Source: Glaucostegus cemiculus
Lineage: Eukaryota
DNA length: 64,000 nucleotides
Direction: 5' to 3'
Assembly (NCBI GenBank): GCA_976551045.1
Contig: CDPCPM010000014.1
Coordinates: 38,378,001 to 38,442,000, forward strand
Below, piece by piece: positions 35,121 to 47,689 of the stretch. The position numbers were made by a program, and so were the translations under genes. The notes under the pieces are model-generated. The model was given only the letters and a program-made list of their open reading frames with translations. It searched no databases and was not told the DNA's origin. How positions within the stretch are numbered: the first letter of the stretch is position 1; every line of letters begins with the position of its first letter.

Positions 35121-38100
35121 GAATGTGGCTTGATGAAAAGTGGGAACAGCTTTCTTGTCCACCCTTCCTGTTTCTGAATCCCTTGTGGCAGTCCGTCTTT
35201 CCTTGGCACCCATGTTGGCCTGTCAGCACTCCTTTTAGGGCTATGTAGTAATTAAATACTTGTCAATGGAGAATTTTCCATAATACTTAAAACAGAAAAG
35301 ACAGGGGTCTGCTGTGAGCAATGACTGTCAGGGGAACAATGAAAACTAATTACACACAGGGCTGTCACTTTTGTTAAACTTGTCATTTGGGGGGGGGGGG
35401 GCGTGGAGAAAACATGACAAAGTATGTGTTTTACCAATGATTGTTTATGATGAGGAGATCGGCAATAAAGGAAATGTTATTGCTTATCTGTGAAAAAGTA
35501 CTCCATCTCTAAATCTTTTCCATGCGCAGGTTTGTTTCCCAGCTCCTTCCTGCCTCCCCACCCCCCACCCCTACCCTAGTTTTGAGTTTGGTTTCTCCTC
35601 TTTTATTTGTTCATTGTCTGTGGTGTCTTGTTTAAAAGTACTGTGGATGATTCCTGGGAGTTCACACAGGAACTACACATAAGTGGGAAGTGTGTGGAGT
35701 AACCTTCGCATTATTGGTAAAGTAGTGATCACAGAGAAAATTAAGAGCAGGTAGTTTAAAACCTGGGGCAATGTATGGAAATTCCATGACTCTTCAAGTT
35801 TGTTCATTTTGTATTAAACTTAAATGCACTACTCTTGATTTAGTTTGGCAGCCATACAACAAATATATATTGCTGCTTGAGGAGTAAGATATTTTAAGGT
35901 ACTGGATAGCAAAAATGGAAACAATCATCAGTTTGAAAGTGCCTTATGTTGTTTCCAGTGACGTGAGTTTATACTTGACTAATTCACCAAAGTCTTAATG
36001 CATTCAGCCAAACATTGGGTAGTTCCTGACATAAAATTCTGAGTACATTTCACTTAATGAAACTTCGGAATCCTTTAACTAATGGGCGATGCATTCCCTC
36101 TTTCCACGCAAACAGGTGCCTCTTCATACTAACCGAGAGAAGCACAATAAGAGTGCCGTGTGTTGTGAAGGAGACTGGTGATAGCAAAAGCTCAGCCGCT
36201 TAGTTCCACATCTCCACAGGTCTAGTCCCAGAGGAGAGTGGAGAGTTTCTTTCGGATGACACAAGGAAAGGGAAAAGAAATTAATGAGTTGGACTCACCA
36301 ATGAGGGGAGAGGGGACTGTAGTGGGTTATAAATGAAGGCTTTACTCATTTAATTTGCAGTGGAACAAATATTTAAAATACATTTGTGTAACTATACTAA
36401 AAAATTGAGAATTTTAGTTGAGTAAATAATTTTTAAAGAAAGTACGTGATCTCTGTGAAAGAAGGATGGAGCTACAGTCCTTGCTTTTAGCTATTGCATT
36501 TTGACATCACAGTCTTATAGTAGTTGCTCAGAATGACCCATGAGGTGCACTTGTAACTGGGAACTGGAGTAAAATCCTAATTGGAGTAACAATAAACAAA
36601 GCTTGAATTATTCAGTTTAACAATAAAGTTGAGAAAACAACTCTTTTTTTTATTGTTTTATACTGGTGTGTGTTGACAATATATTTACAGTGCCAGTTGT
36701 TCATTTTCTTTTAAGAATTCAGCTTTCAAAATGCAGATGTTGTACTTAGACAATTGACCAATTGCATTTATTTGTAGCTACTTAATAGTCCATACTTAAT
36801 AGTCCAAGATGTGACTTGCTGGAATAGTAAAAATGCAGGTAGTTACGGACAACTTTAAATGAATAGATATTATTGTTGTTGTTATCAATCCAGTTGCAAC
36901 CTTTAGTAGAATATGGAAGTTGATATGTTTGCAAAATTTTCTTTTTAATTATAAAAACACTTAATCTTGCCAGACAATGAAAACAATTGGAAAAGCATCC
37001 CAAATTGAACGATTCTTGAAAGCCGTAACATCAGCCTAAGAGTGGTAACTCCTTATGGTGTGTGAATTTATCACAATGAATATTATGTTTTGTTGTGTTT
37101 CATTTTAAGAAAGGACTTGGTAGTATGTACAAGTATAATTGAAGAGGTCATAACTTTATCCTAACAGGATATCAGAGAATGAACTAACACTGGAGCTTGT
37201 TAGATCAAGATTAGATAGTAAAGGTTTAAAAGTAAGGTCAACACAGCCATTCTATCAGAAAACAGTATGTTGTTTCATTCTCGGAGGATCGAGAGAAGGA
37301 AAGAAAATCTAAAGGTGAGGAAGAAATATGTGAAAAGGGAACTCAGTTCACAAGTCTTTGCATGTAATGAGGGCACAGAATTCCTATACATGTTGTGCTT
37401 GTTCATATTCAGTGAAGCTGTCACAAAGCCATTTGAGAGCATTGCAAACAAAGTGAAACGTTCCTTCAGGTGTGTGGAAGTAAGATAGATTTGTCTTCAT
37501 GAGATTAGTCAAACCATTCAAACTAAACTTGCGCCTTCTTCAATTGACAGTCACTTTACTGGCAGCAGCATCTAGTTGCTGAAACTGATGTAAGGTATTT
37601 GTAACCACAAGCAGCACTTCACAGGAACTTTACAGATGAATGGGACTATTTGGCTGACCTTAGATATTAAAAGTCGTGTTATTTACAAGAACTTAAAAAC
37701 AATGGCGATTCATATTGGGGGACATGGAAAATGGGCTGTCTGTTTACAGTTATGAACTTTAATCTAATATAAATAGGGTTGGATTTTTCCCTGATGAACA
37801 TCAATTCACAAAACATAGTGAAAAAACATTTTTTCTGCATGAACTCCCCTTTGGTTGGAATTATATGCACAATGCTCATGAAATAATTTTAATTAATCTG
37901 GATATTTGAGCTTCTGTTGGATGGGAGTGGTCATAGTTTGATCGGTTGCCCAGATATCAAGGCTTTAGTGGTGGTGATGATGTGTGGGGAGTTAGCAAGG
38001 AGATCAAGGAGAGTAGATACGTTAAAGAAAATTAAAGGAACCTGCTCAGATTAGGTTCCTATGTCTGGCCTCTGTCCTTCACGGGCATGATCCCAGCCAA

Positions 38101-41100
38101 CGCAGTGTTATTCCAAGAATGATCAGTGGCGGGTGCACCTTTGATCAATGTGTCCTAATTTTCTGGGCAGCCCTCCAGTCTGATAAACTTCAACCTACGA
38201 GTGACTGATGTGGAATTTGTGTCATTGCTGAAAGGGTGAATTGCCATTAATTAAAGGAATGTACAGAATGGCGTTATTTGTCTTAGAAATGGTTGCAATT
38301 GTGTACCACTCTGGATTTCCAGATACAGAGTGCTGCAAAAACAGGGCAATTCGTCTGAATTTTGAGGCCATCATTATTTATCTCTTTTAATCCACAACAG
38401 TTGTTTTAATTTTGTATTATAATTTAGAAACATTTTTATTGACATTATTAATGTATCAACGCTTTCTCTTTACACATGGCCCAGTGGATTTCAATTGTTG
38501 TATGAATATAAGAATCATTAGATGTGTTTGTCTTTTGATACTAGATTTGCCTCCCTTTTGCCAATGTGGTTTAATATATTAATTTGTTATAGCACCTGTC
38601 ATTATACTCCAGCAGATTTATTGGAGAAAGCGGAGAAAATTACTTTAGTTTATAGTGCAAGAGTCACATGCATGATCAGTTACTGACTTGTCAGCAAATG
38701 GAGTTAGTGGTATTTCTAAACGGACTTTTTTTCCTAGTGCTCCTTTGATTGTATAGATAGATTTTCTATTCTTGCAGCTGACGATGGAAGGTCTGCAGCA
38801 GTATTTCAGCATGTTGTTTTCTGAGGTAGTTTTTTCTTTTACATTATGTTGGTTTAATGTTTTTTTTTGTCTTTTAATGCTGTTTCCCTGATATTTCTGG
38901 AAGCCAGGCCCTGACTTGGCTCCCTGCTGCTGTTCCACATGGCGGGAGCTATAAAATGGTACCATCAAACCCTAGTAAATATTGACTGTGTCTCAGAGAT
39001 TTGACCACTGTGAAAGCAGGAATCACTGAATTAAAAGCTGCTATTGTTCTGCTGTGGGGCCGTGCTCTCTTACTGACACCAGAGCATGAGTGTTTTAAAA
39101 GCTAAGAACTGGCATAAGAAGGATACAGGACAAGGCAGTGAGGGTGGGAATTAAAAAAAGGCAACACATTGGAACCTGTAAGTACTTAATTTGAAGGAAA
39201 GTAAAACCAACAAAGGCATGAACATATGTTGAATTAAAGAACCTTCCACAAAGTTAAGTGAAAAGCACCACCCTCGTGGAGAGGCAGGATTTATAAATGG
39301 AGCGAGCTAATTGACTCACTTAACATTTGCCCTTTTTGTGTTATTGGCCAGGATCTAAGCACATGGTATATTCCATCTGGATGGAAAGATTTGGCTAAAA
39401 TTAAAGTATCAAGTTAGTTTTCATTAGCAGAAATAGGACCCCGTGCCGAATATTTTTATGATGCACCTTTTACCCATTTACTTCAGAAATGTGACTTATA
39501 TTGTTTGTGCATTTCCATCTCATTGAAGTTGGATGCATTGAAAATTATTTTACCTAACTTTTGAAGGTGTCTCGTGAGCAGATTTAAGTGTAAATAAAGC
39601 ATTCAATCGGGATGCCAGAGTAAGCAACCGATTTCGCTGTTGGTTCTGCGTGGAATTACTGAGCCTGCTAGATACCAGTTTAATAATGACCTTCCAATAT
39701 TGTGGAAATTGTTGCAGTGTATTAGTGTTTGGCAGGCGTGTAAGTATAAGCTGCTTCAGTTAAATGTAGTTCTGTTGAAGTTGAATATGGTGAACCTCAT
39801 AGGAGTTGTACTCAAGAGCTAGTTGAACAGATACCACAATGAAAAGATGCAACAAAAACAATGGCCTGTTGGATTGGAGCTGGTTAGTCACATTTACTAA
39901 ACAGATCTATTGGATAACAATTTAAACAAGTGTGAACAAGCATGTGGCAAGTAACTTAAGAGCTATTAAATTATCTTTCAGCTTTGAATAACCTAGCTGG
40001 TGTGCATTTATTTAAAAGTTGCAAAGATAATTTCCTGTAAATTGTAAATTCAATTTTTGGTACATGAAAACATTGACAGTGTTATATTTGGTGTAATGTC
40101 GAGATGAAGCATATAGAATTCCAAAGGAAATGGTGGTCCAATGTGCCATGAGGACATTTACACAGTGGGCCTTAGTCTTTCCTTTTGGCATCCCTATTTA
40201 AAAAAAAATTAAGTGTTTTGTTAACCAAAAATAACAAAGGTGAAGGAAGAAAAGGCGATAGAGATAAGTGTTTTGCCAGTTTTTGAAATTTTACTTTATC
40301 AGTTTGGTAGTTTCATGCAGGCAAGCTAAGGCAGTATCAGGCTAACCAGTATTAATGCCACTACACGAAGCTAAGTGATAACAACAAAAATTTTTCTCCT
40401 GCATCATGAAAGCATGGAGGCATAATACTGCTTTTGTTATAGTATTATAAACAGATCTTCTTCAACTTCTGATCAATATATTTGGTTCAGGAGAAATGTA
40501 TTTAGTGTTACTGTAACTGTGTAGAATTCCTCATAGCTGAAGTTGTTAACCACAGTTGTTCAAAATATTGTTGACATGTGGCTGTTCAAAGCTGATTTTT
40601 GTCCTGGCTTGTTGACTAATCTGTAGACTGTTTGCTATGTAGTAATTACTTTGTTTTTGAATGTTTGTTCAAGCATTCTTAAACTTACCTTGCTTAACTT
40701 GCTTGCTGTGATTTTATTTGACTTGATGTGATTTGCTTCCAGTATAATTTTTCACTTTCCTCTAGAAATCACACATTTTTAGTGGTACTGGTAAAATTTC
40801 TGTTATGAGCATAATAAAAAATTACCTTCATTGCCAATGTTGCAATGGTCACAGCTCCTGTGAAATTTTGTCTTTTATTTTTGCAAAGTTTCAAGAATAC
40901 TGTCCTACATGCATTTTCTCTTGCCTACTTCCTCAGGATTCAAAACTCATTGCACAGTTCCTTGCACAAATCTCGTTCTGGATTTTGAAACCGCCGTGCC
41001 TTTTGACTCACTAATCCTCTCTTCTATCATGTCCATTAAAACCTGAACTTGTTGTTGTGTAATCCCAGCTCCCTGATTCATCCCGTCTCCCGATTTTATT

Positions 41101-44100
41101 TGCTTTTGGTGGTTGTTTTACCTTACAGGCCTTAGATTTTCCTGTTTTCTCTCTCTTGGAAAAAGAATGAGGGAATTACTATTTTGTTACTTAAAAGGAA
41201 TATGTTTACAAATATAGCTTAAGACTATTTCTTCTAGAGGAATATACTGATCACTGAATGCTGGTGTCAATTGGCTCTTTATGTATTTGCAAATATTGAG
41301 TTAGTTGTAGAATTGCCAATTGTACCGAAGGATAAATAGGTTTATTTTGACCATATGTGACACTTCTGTTACAACATGAACTAACATGATTTAAACTTTA
41401 CATGTTTGAAATAAATAGGTCACAACTAACCTTGATTGATCTCAGATATTTTACTTCATAAGACCCAAAAGCCTCAATCATGCTACAACTGCAGATTTGC
41501 ATTTGATGTGAATTGCAACGAGCAGACGAGCGTGAAGGTTGCAGAGGGATTTGTGCTAATCATGGTTTGAAATATAAACTGTACCTTCCGAGTTTGGAAG
41601 TTCTCAAGCAGGCATCAACAACTGGCACCCACCTTGATTTCGTTTTAACAGAGATAGCTTAATATTTCTAAAAAATAATTCAGCACAGTTGCAGTTGTTC
41701 AGCTGTGAAAGCTATCGCAGTCTAAATTCCCCAGTGCGTTTTCTGGGTAGTTGCACAGCATGGCGCAATCTCAGGCTCAGTCTCCAGTTCGCAGCTAATT
41801 TGCTGAGCTTGTGTCAGAATCATTGAAATCTAGTGGGGTAGGGCCTGTTTGGTGGGGGTGAGTCAAAATAAGCTTTGGGGTTCCATAATGGAAATGAGGA
41901 CAGGTACTCAGCTCACCGCAGTAAGACCGTGGAAAAGAATTGTGTAGAATTATTCTGCTTGGCTCATCCAGAAATGCGACAGGAATCGGCGAGGGATGTT
42001 GGTGCTGGGCGCGGGAGAGGGGAATGTTACGCATTTTGCCGTGTGAGCATGAGGCTGACGTTTGCTGATTTGATTCTGATTGTTAAAGGAACGGTGCATT
42101 TCAGTAAAAAAAATGGGGTGTTTTTAATGGTCAGTTGACCTCAGCTGTAAACTGAGAACCCATTGCACAACCTTTATCGGTCTGGGCGCATAAATGGCTG
42201 TAAGATCGCAAAGGTACCGGAAGTGCTGCAGTTACCGTTACTTTACTCCATTGTGACAAAGAAAAGGGTTAGTAGGTGGAGGACTTCATGTTTTTGATGT
42301 TAGTTTATTACAGGAGAACAAAATCCTTCCCCTATCTCAATCTCAATGCCCTATGACAGTGAGAAAGATAATTTAAAAATCTCAACCTTCCCGTAGTGCA
42401 AATTAGAAGGTGCCAAGACCATCTTATATACAGCAGCCTGAATGTCGTAATTCGGTCCAGGACTTTACTCTTTAAATCGGCACCTCATGCGATGTGTTAA
42501 ACGTCAGTGCCGCTGTTTACCGTCTTTGAAAACAGTCATAACTGCTATAGAATTGTAAAATATAATAGAATTACATGTTTTAGTGCAGAAATACTTTATT
42601 AATGGGGCTTCAAATTCAGGTATACAAATGCATATTCTCTTGCCTTGCACTGAAATTTGTAGGTTCAGTCACAAAATGGAGAAATATTGTAGAGATCTGT
42701 GACTCTTGACTTTTCTATGACTGCACTCTTATTGCAGGTTCTCAGCAGCCGGTAGCTTTATGTCACAATATAAATCATTCTAGATATTGAGGTTAGGCAC
42801 CCATTTTCCCACCTCTTTCTTGTCTTGTACAGGGTATTTCTCAGGACTGTGCTGCATCTCCAGCAACTGGAGGTGCACACAAATGATGTATTTTGCCCAC
42901 TTTTAATCCTTGCATCATTTTAGTCTAACCTCCCCAAGTTTAAAAAAAATCTCATGTCTCACGGGAGAAAATTATCAGCAGAGTTTCTGTTTAAGTAGCT
43001 GTGGAAGTTATTGATGTAGTGCGTATTATTATGATTCAAAGTAGAAAATATTATGGAGGAAGAATTTGTCATCCATAGTATATACCAAGTACATTATGAA
43101 ATAACAGATGCATGTTGAACTCTGACTTCAATAGAACCAGACTTCAGAAGCAGAGTTCAATAAACGTATATGTTGCGCGCAACAGCGGGTGAATTTGTAT
43201 TGCAATGAATCGCAACCTCTTACTCAGAGATTTTTTTCTCTCTCTTTTAGTATGTATGGCAAATTAAATTGATTGCACAAAGAACTCGATTTGACCAACT
43301 CCAATTCATTTGGTTGCAAATTTACAATCCCAAGGAGAGCAATGAAGGATTTAGAAAGGCACCTTATCATTGTCCTGAGCACAAAACCCTTCCGTTAAGA
43401 TCTTTCAGCTAACTTCTTCACTTAAATATCCAGGGGGCAAACTGGCCATTCTTATTAATCGGCTTAAAACTAATGAGATGAATGGATCTTAAGCAGGACC
43501 TCAAACTGTCCCAAGGCCTCCACATCAGCAGTTTTGAAGAGATTGTGAGGGAAGGAGGCCAGTTTATGTGTATGTAGAGGGGGGTGGGAAAAGTGGATCA
43601 GACTTCAGAGAAAAGCTAGCTCTTGTTTTCCTAAGATGTCAACACATTCTCAGGTTTACCTCGGGTATTAGGCTGCCCCCTCCCTGTTCAATCATGTGCT
43701 GACGAGGCTTGAGAAACAATGAAAGGAGGAATTAGTTTGCTTTTTTTTGGGTGGAAAATGCCATGGGAAAGGCAGGAAAGACTGAGCTGGTTACCGGGGA
43801 CTTAGCCATTGACTTGCTGTCAGTAAAGTCTATTTGAATAACCTACCCCTTTAGCCTTCATTTTTCCCCTTTGTCCACTCCAGTTCATAAATGGTAGCAG
43901 CTGGAGATTTTATTCATGTAAGCGGCTGCTTAATATCCATGAAGATCTCTAACTGGGTCAGAAGTGCAATAGGATTTTATTTTTTTGTGGGGTTTTGCTT
44001 TGCCCCACATCTAGTAAAGGCCAAAGCTCCAAATGTTCCTTTTCAATCCAAAACTACTCACCTTTTGTGTGCTCTGTGCTTTGTCTTTATCACGTTCTTT

Positions 44101-44479
44101 TATTAACAGACAGACGATACAAACCACATTTTCTTCACAGAAGCTTGAAAAGTCCTTGAGCCCTCAGAGGATTAATAAGCTGGAGTGCTTGAAGTACTTG
44201 TTCTGGTGCTGTGTGAGTAGCTGGACTTAGTGCTGTAGAGGTGATGGCAGCTGGAAGTCAGAACCATTTTAACCTACAATATGCTTATGGGTTGAACTAG
44301 TCACAGTCTTCAGCAGTTAAAGAAAGCAATTCGCCCTGTGGAGCTAGGGCATTTATAGATTATTGCTTGGCAGTATTTAGAGGTAGGATTTATAGGGCAC
44401 ACTTCTATACTGTTTAGTTACAGTGGACATATATTGTATTTTCCCAATATGTTGATGCATCCCGTTTTAGATCTTAACA

Positions 44480-44840
44480 TTACATTGTGTAGGTGTGGGT
44501 CTGTTAAATTGCAACATCACATTGTGAAAATGCACAGGTGATACATCAGAAGAACACGTTGTGTAGGTGTACCTGAGATGGATCATAACATTGTGTAGGT
44601 ATGGTTACAATGAACCATTGCGGCATACTGTGTAGATTACAGCATAACACTGTGTAGCTGCACCAGTGACCGACTGTAATTTGACAGTACACAGATGCAT
44701 CAGTGATTGACTGTAAATTTACACTCTGTGACTGTAGCATCACAGTGTGAGCTACATCAGTGAAGGATCATAATATCAACCTGCGTAGATACCCCCAGTG
44801 ATAGAACAAAACACCCCACAGTGTAAGTGATGGATCTTTT
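44480..44840. repeat. Degenerate minisatellite-like array (~30-35 nt unit)
   Basis: Recurring CATAACA(C/T)TGTGTAG and CATCAGTGA / GGATCATAA motifs. Confidence 0.55.
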
Positions 44841-44861
44841 GGCATAATGCGTGGTCGCCAT

Positions 44862-45291
44862 AAGAAAGGAAGAACTTGCATTTCAATCACACCTTTCCCA
44901 ACCTTGGGATGTCCCAAAGTGGATCAGCGTCAGTAAATAGTTCTTAATTATGATGTGATGATGAATGTTGTAGGGGAATACCAGCTTGTGTACAGGAAGG
45001 TTCTACAAATAACAGTGAGACAAATGACCAGCTTATCTTGTTTTTGATGGGGAAGATTAAAAATTGAATAGAGCACTAGGAGAGCTTCCATTACCACACT
45101 TAAAAAAAACGTTGACCTACAAGGGCAGGAGTGACCTTGATTAACTTATAGTCACATCTGAGGATTAGAATTTCCAACAATGCAGTACTCATCAGAACCA
45201 CAGTGAATGGTCAACCTGGATATTGTGTTCAAGCCTCTGGAGTGGATCACGCAACCTTCTATCACAAAGTAAGGAGGGCCACTGCTGAGTT
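44862..45291 (-). mobile_element. DeuSINE (SacSINE1-like), diverged
   Basis: Tail AAGAACTTGCATT...GGATGTCCCAAAG and head TGCAGTACTC...TTCAAGCCTCTGGAGTGG...CAACCTTCT; reverse-collinear with 47286-47689. Confidence 0.75.
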
Positions 45292-45667
45292 GGACTGATG
45301 ATAGTGATGGTTTGTATTGTCAGAGTACATGGGTATTGCAGTAATAGTTTGTATTATTGTATCGCAATTGCATTTTGTTTATTACCCGCAATCACATCAA
45401 TGCACTGATGCAAAGATGGCCACTTAATCAATGATTCCGATTTACAGTTTAAGCCCAAGCTCACCTAAGTCAGTACGCCTCAGACCATGAATTGTTCTTC
45501 ATCAGGAAGCATTAACATCAACCAACTGCACTCGACTTTAAAAATGGCTGATGAGTTCACTGTGTGCCCTGGGTCCAGAGAAAATTTATGTTTGAATTAA
45601 TTTAGTTTTGACGAAGAGTTCTTGCTCATGTTTACAGTGTTTATTGTTGAGGTTGTTACAGAATGCC

Positions 45668-45945
45668 CGGTAGCATAGTGGTTAGCACAATGCTTTACAG
45701 TGCCAGTGACCCGGGTTCAAATCTGGCCACTGTCTGTAAGAAGTTTGTACATTCTCCCTGTGTCTGTGTGGGTTTCCTCCAGGTGCTCCGGTTTCCTCAC
45801 CCTTTCCAAAGACGTAAGGGTTAGGAAATTTGGGCATGCTATGTTGGTGCCGGAAGTGTGGCGACACTTGCGGGCTGGCCTCCAAAAATCACTACGCAAA
45901 AGATGTATTTCACTGTGTTTCGATATACATGTGACCAATAAAGAT
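45668..45945 (+). mobile_element. Full-length V-SINE
   Basis: A-box-like TAGCATAGTGG, B-box GGTTCAAATCT, V-domain, and tail TTTCACTGTGTTTCGATATACATGTGACCAATAAAG. Confidence 0.9.
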
Positions 45946-47285
45946 CTCAAATGCAACTAATAGTGTAATCCATGCCTCTTTATACTCCAAAGATTGTTCT
46001 TACACCTCAGATGATTTAAATAATGCAAATGGTAACATAGTGTTTCTCAAAAACTTCAGGTTACCAGTAAAAAGGTTACCATCTGTTCGTAAAATTGAGT
46101 GAATTGGTTCTGAATTATTTTAAAGCACTTCAGTGAGTGTAGCTCACTGTTTTGTCTAGAATGAGCAATTTACTTGATTTTGTTAAATTTCAAAGTCAAT
46201 TCCAAAAATCTGTTAGAAACTTCAGTTCGTATTTCTTTTAACAAGAATTTGAACTCCTCTAGCACTGTGCGTGTCGCAACATGCAAATGGTAGCAATGTG
46301 GACACTGTGAACTACTGCCGTTTTTGGAAATAAATATTCAGTGGAAATCCATTCAATGGAAAGTCTGATTTGAGGATTTATCAGGCATGGGTTCTTCAAT
46401 TTCACCGATTAAAAACTGAAATAAATTCCCTGGAAGGCATACTAGGAAAAATATGTCTTCAGACTTTTCTACTGATAACCCCATATTGGCAGTAAGTGTC
46501 AACCATGCAGAATATACATTTTCATTCATTTTGCTTTAAGGATGTTCAACATGGCTTTCAGAATATGTAAATAGATCACTGATCAGTAATTATTTTTGAC
46601 AAAGACTGATTTAAAAATTGAAAAAAAGCAGCACCAGAACTGAATAAAAAAAAAGAAAATGGAAAACAAAGACAAGTAACAATTTTGCAGAACCTTTTAC
46701 TCATTGCTATATTTAAAGTCGTGCTCATACATATAAGAAAATCTTGTCTTAACCAAGCCAATCAAAATGAACACATTGGTATTAATTTAGATGCAAGTAG
46801 TTATTTGCTGTTAATTTAAAGAACATTATTTAAAATAACATTTGTTAGAAATATATAATAATCATTAGTATCTAGGAAAGTAGTAGTTGGACACATTTGT
46901 GCAATGGTTTACAGATTTAAACAATGATTATTTTTACTGGTTGAATAAGTCATTGGACTATGGATGTAATGTTCTGCGGACGTGATTATACAATGTCCAT
47001 ATATGCATAATTAACCATACACCTGTCTGCCAAGTGCCCCAGTCTTCAACGAACAGAGCATTTGTTTAATTGCCAACAAAGCCTCCATCCAAAACAGTCT
47101 GAAGCTGGATTTCCTTTTTGTATATTTGCAAATGTTAGGTGGAAATTTGTAGAATGCAGATTCTAGGTTATCCTTCACTGACCTGTTTATAAAGTTTGCG
47201 GTCATTTCAATTTAGGTTATAGGCCTAAGAGAATATTATTTATTTCTGGCTTCTTCAAAGCCTAAAGCAGTAAATATTTCAATGT

Positions 47286-47689
47286 CAGCTGTGACTCAGT
47301 TGGTAGCACTGATGCCTCTGAGTCTATTTTCAAGTCAACTCCAAAAACCTGTATAGGAAATCTAATTTCATTGCAGTAATGAGGTACTGTACTTAGGTGA
47401 GGCAATAAATTGAGGACCTGATTGCTTTTTCAGTTAGATGCTAAAGATCCCAGGTCTAGCCTTTATGGAAGAAAAAGGGGAATTATTCCTGATATCTTTG
47501 CCAATGATTATTCCTTATTCAGCATTGCTCAGTTGATTATCAGGTATCATCATGTTGGTGTTTGCGGAAGCCAGCTATTCACAAATTTCTGTGACATTAC
47601 AACAGTGACTACACTTCAAAAGTACTTCATTAGCTCTAAAAACATCTGGGAATGTGAAAGGTGCTATATCAAAAATACACATATCTTTT
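47286..47689 (+). mobile_element. DeuSINE (SacSINE1-like), diverged
   Basis: Head GACTCAGTTGGTAGCACTGATGCCTCTGAGTC, central TAAAGATCCC...GAAGAAAAAGGGGAATTATTCC, tail ACATTACAACAGTGACTACACTTCAAAAGTACTTCATT...GTGAAAGGTGCTATAT. Confidence 0.82.

Noticed and set aside
44480-44840. CRISPR-like array
   Set aside because: Units are diverged throughout, there are no cas genes, and the context is eukaryotic.
45668-45730. tRNA gene
   Set aside because: The A/B-box region continues straight into a SINE V-domain and tail, and no full cloverleaf is evident. The same applies to the other SINE heads.
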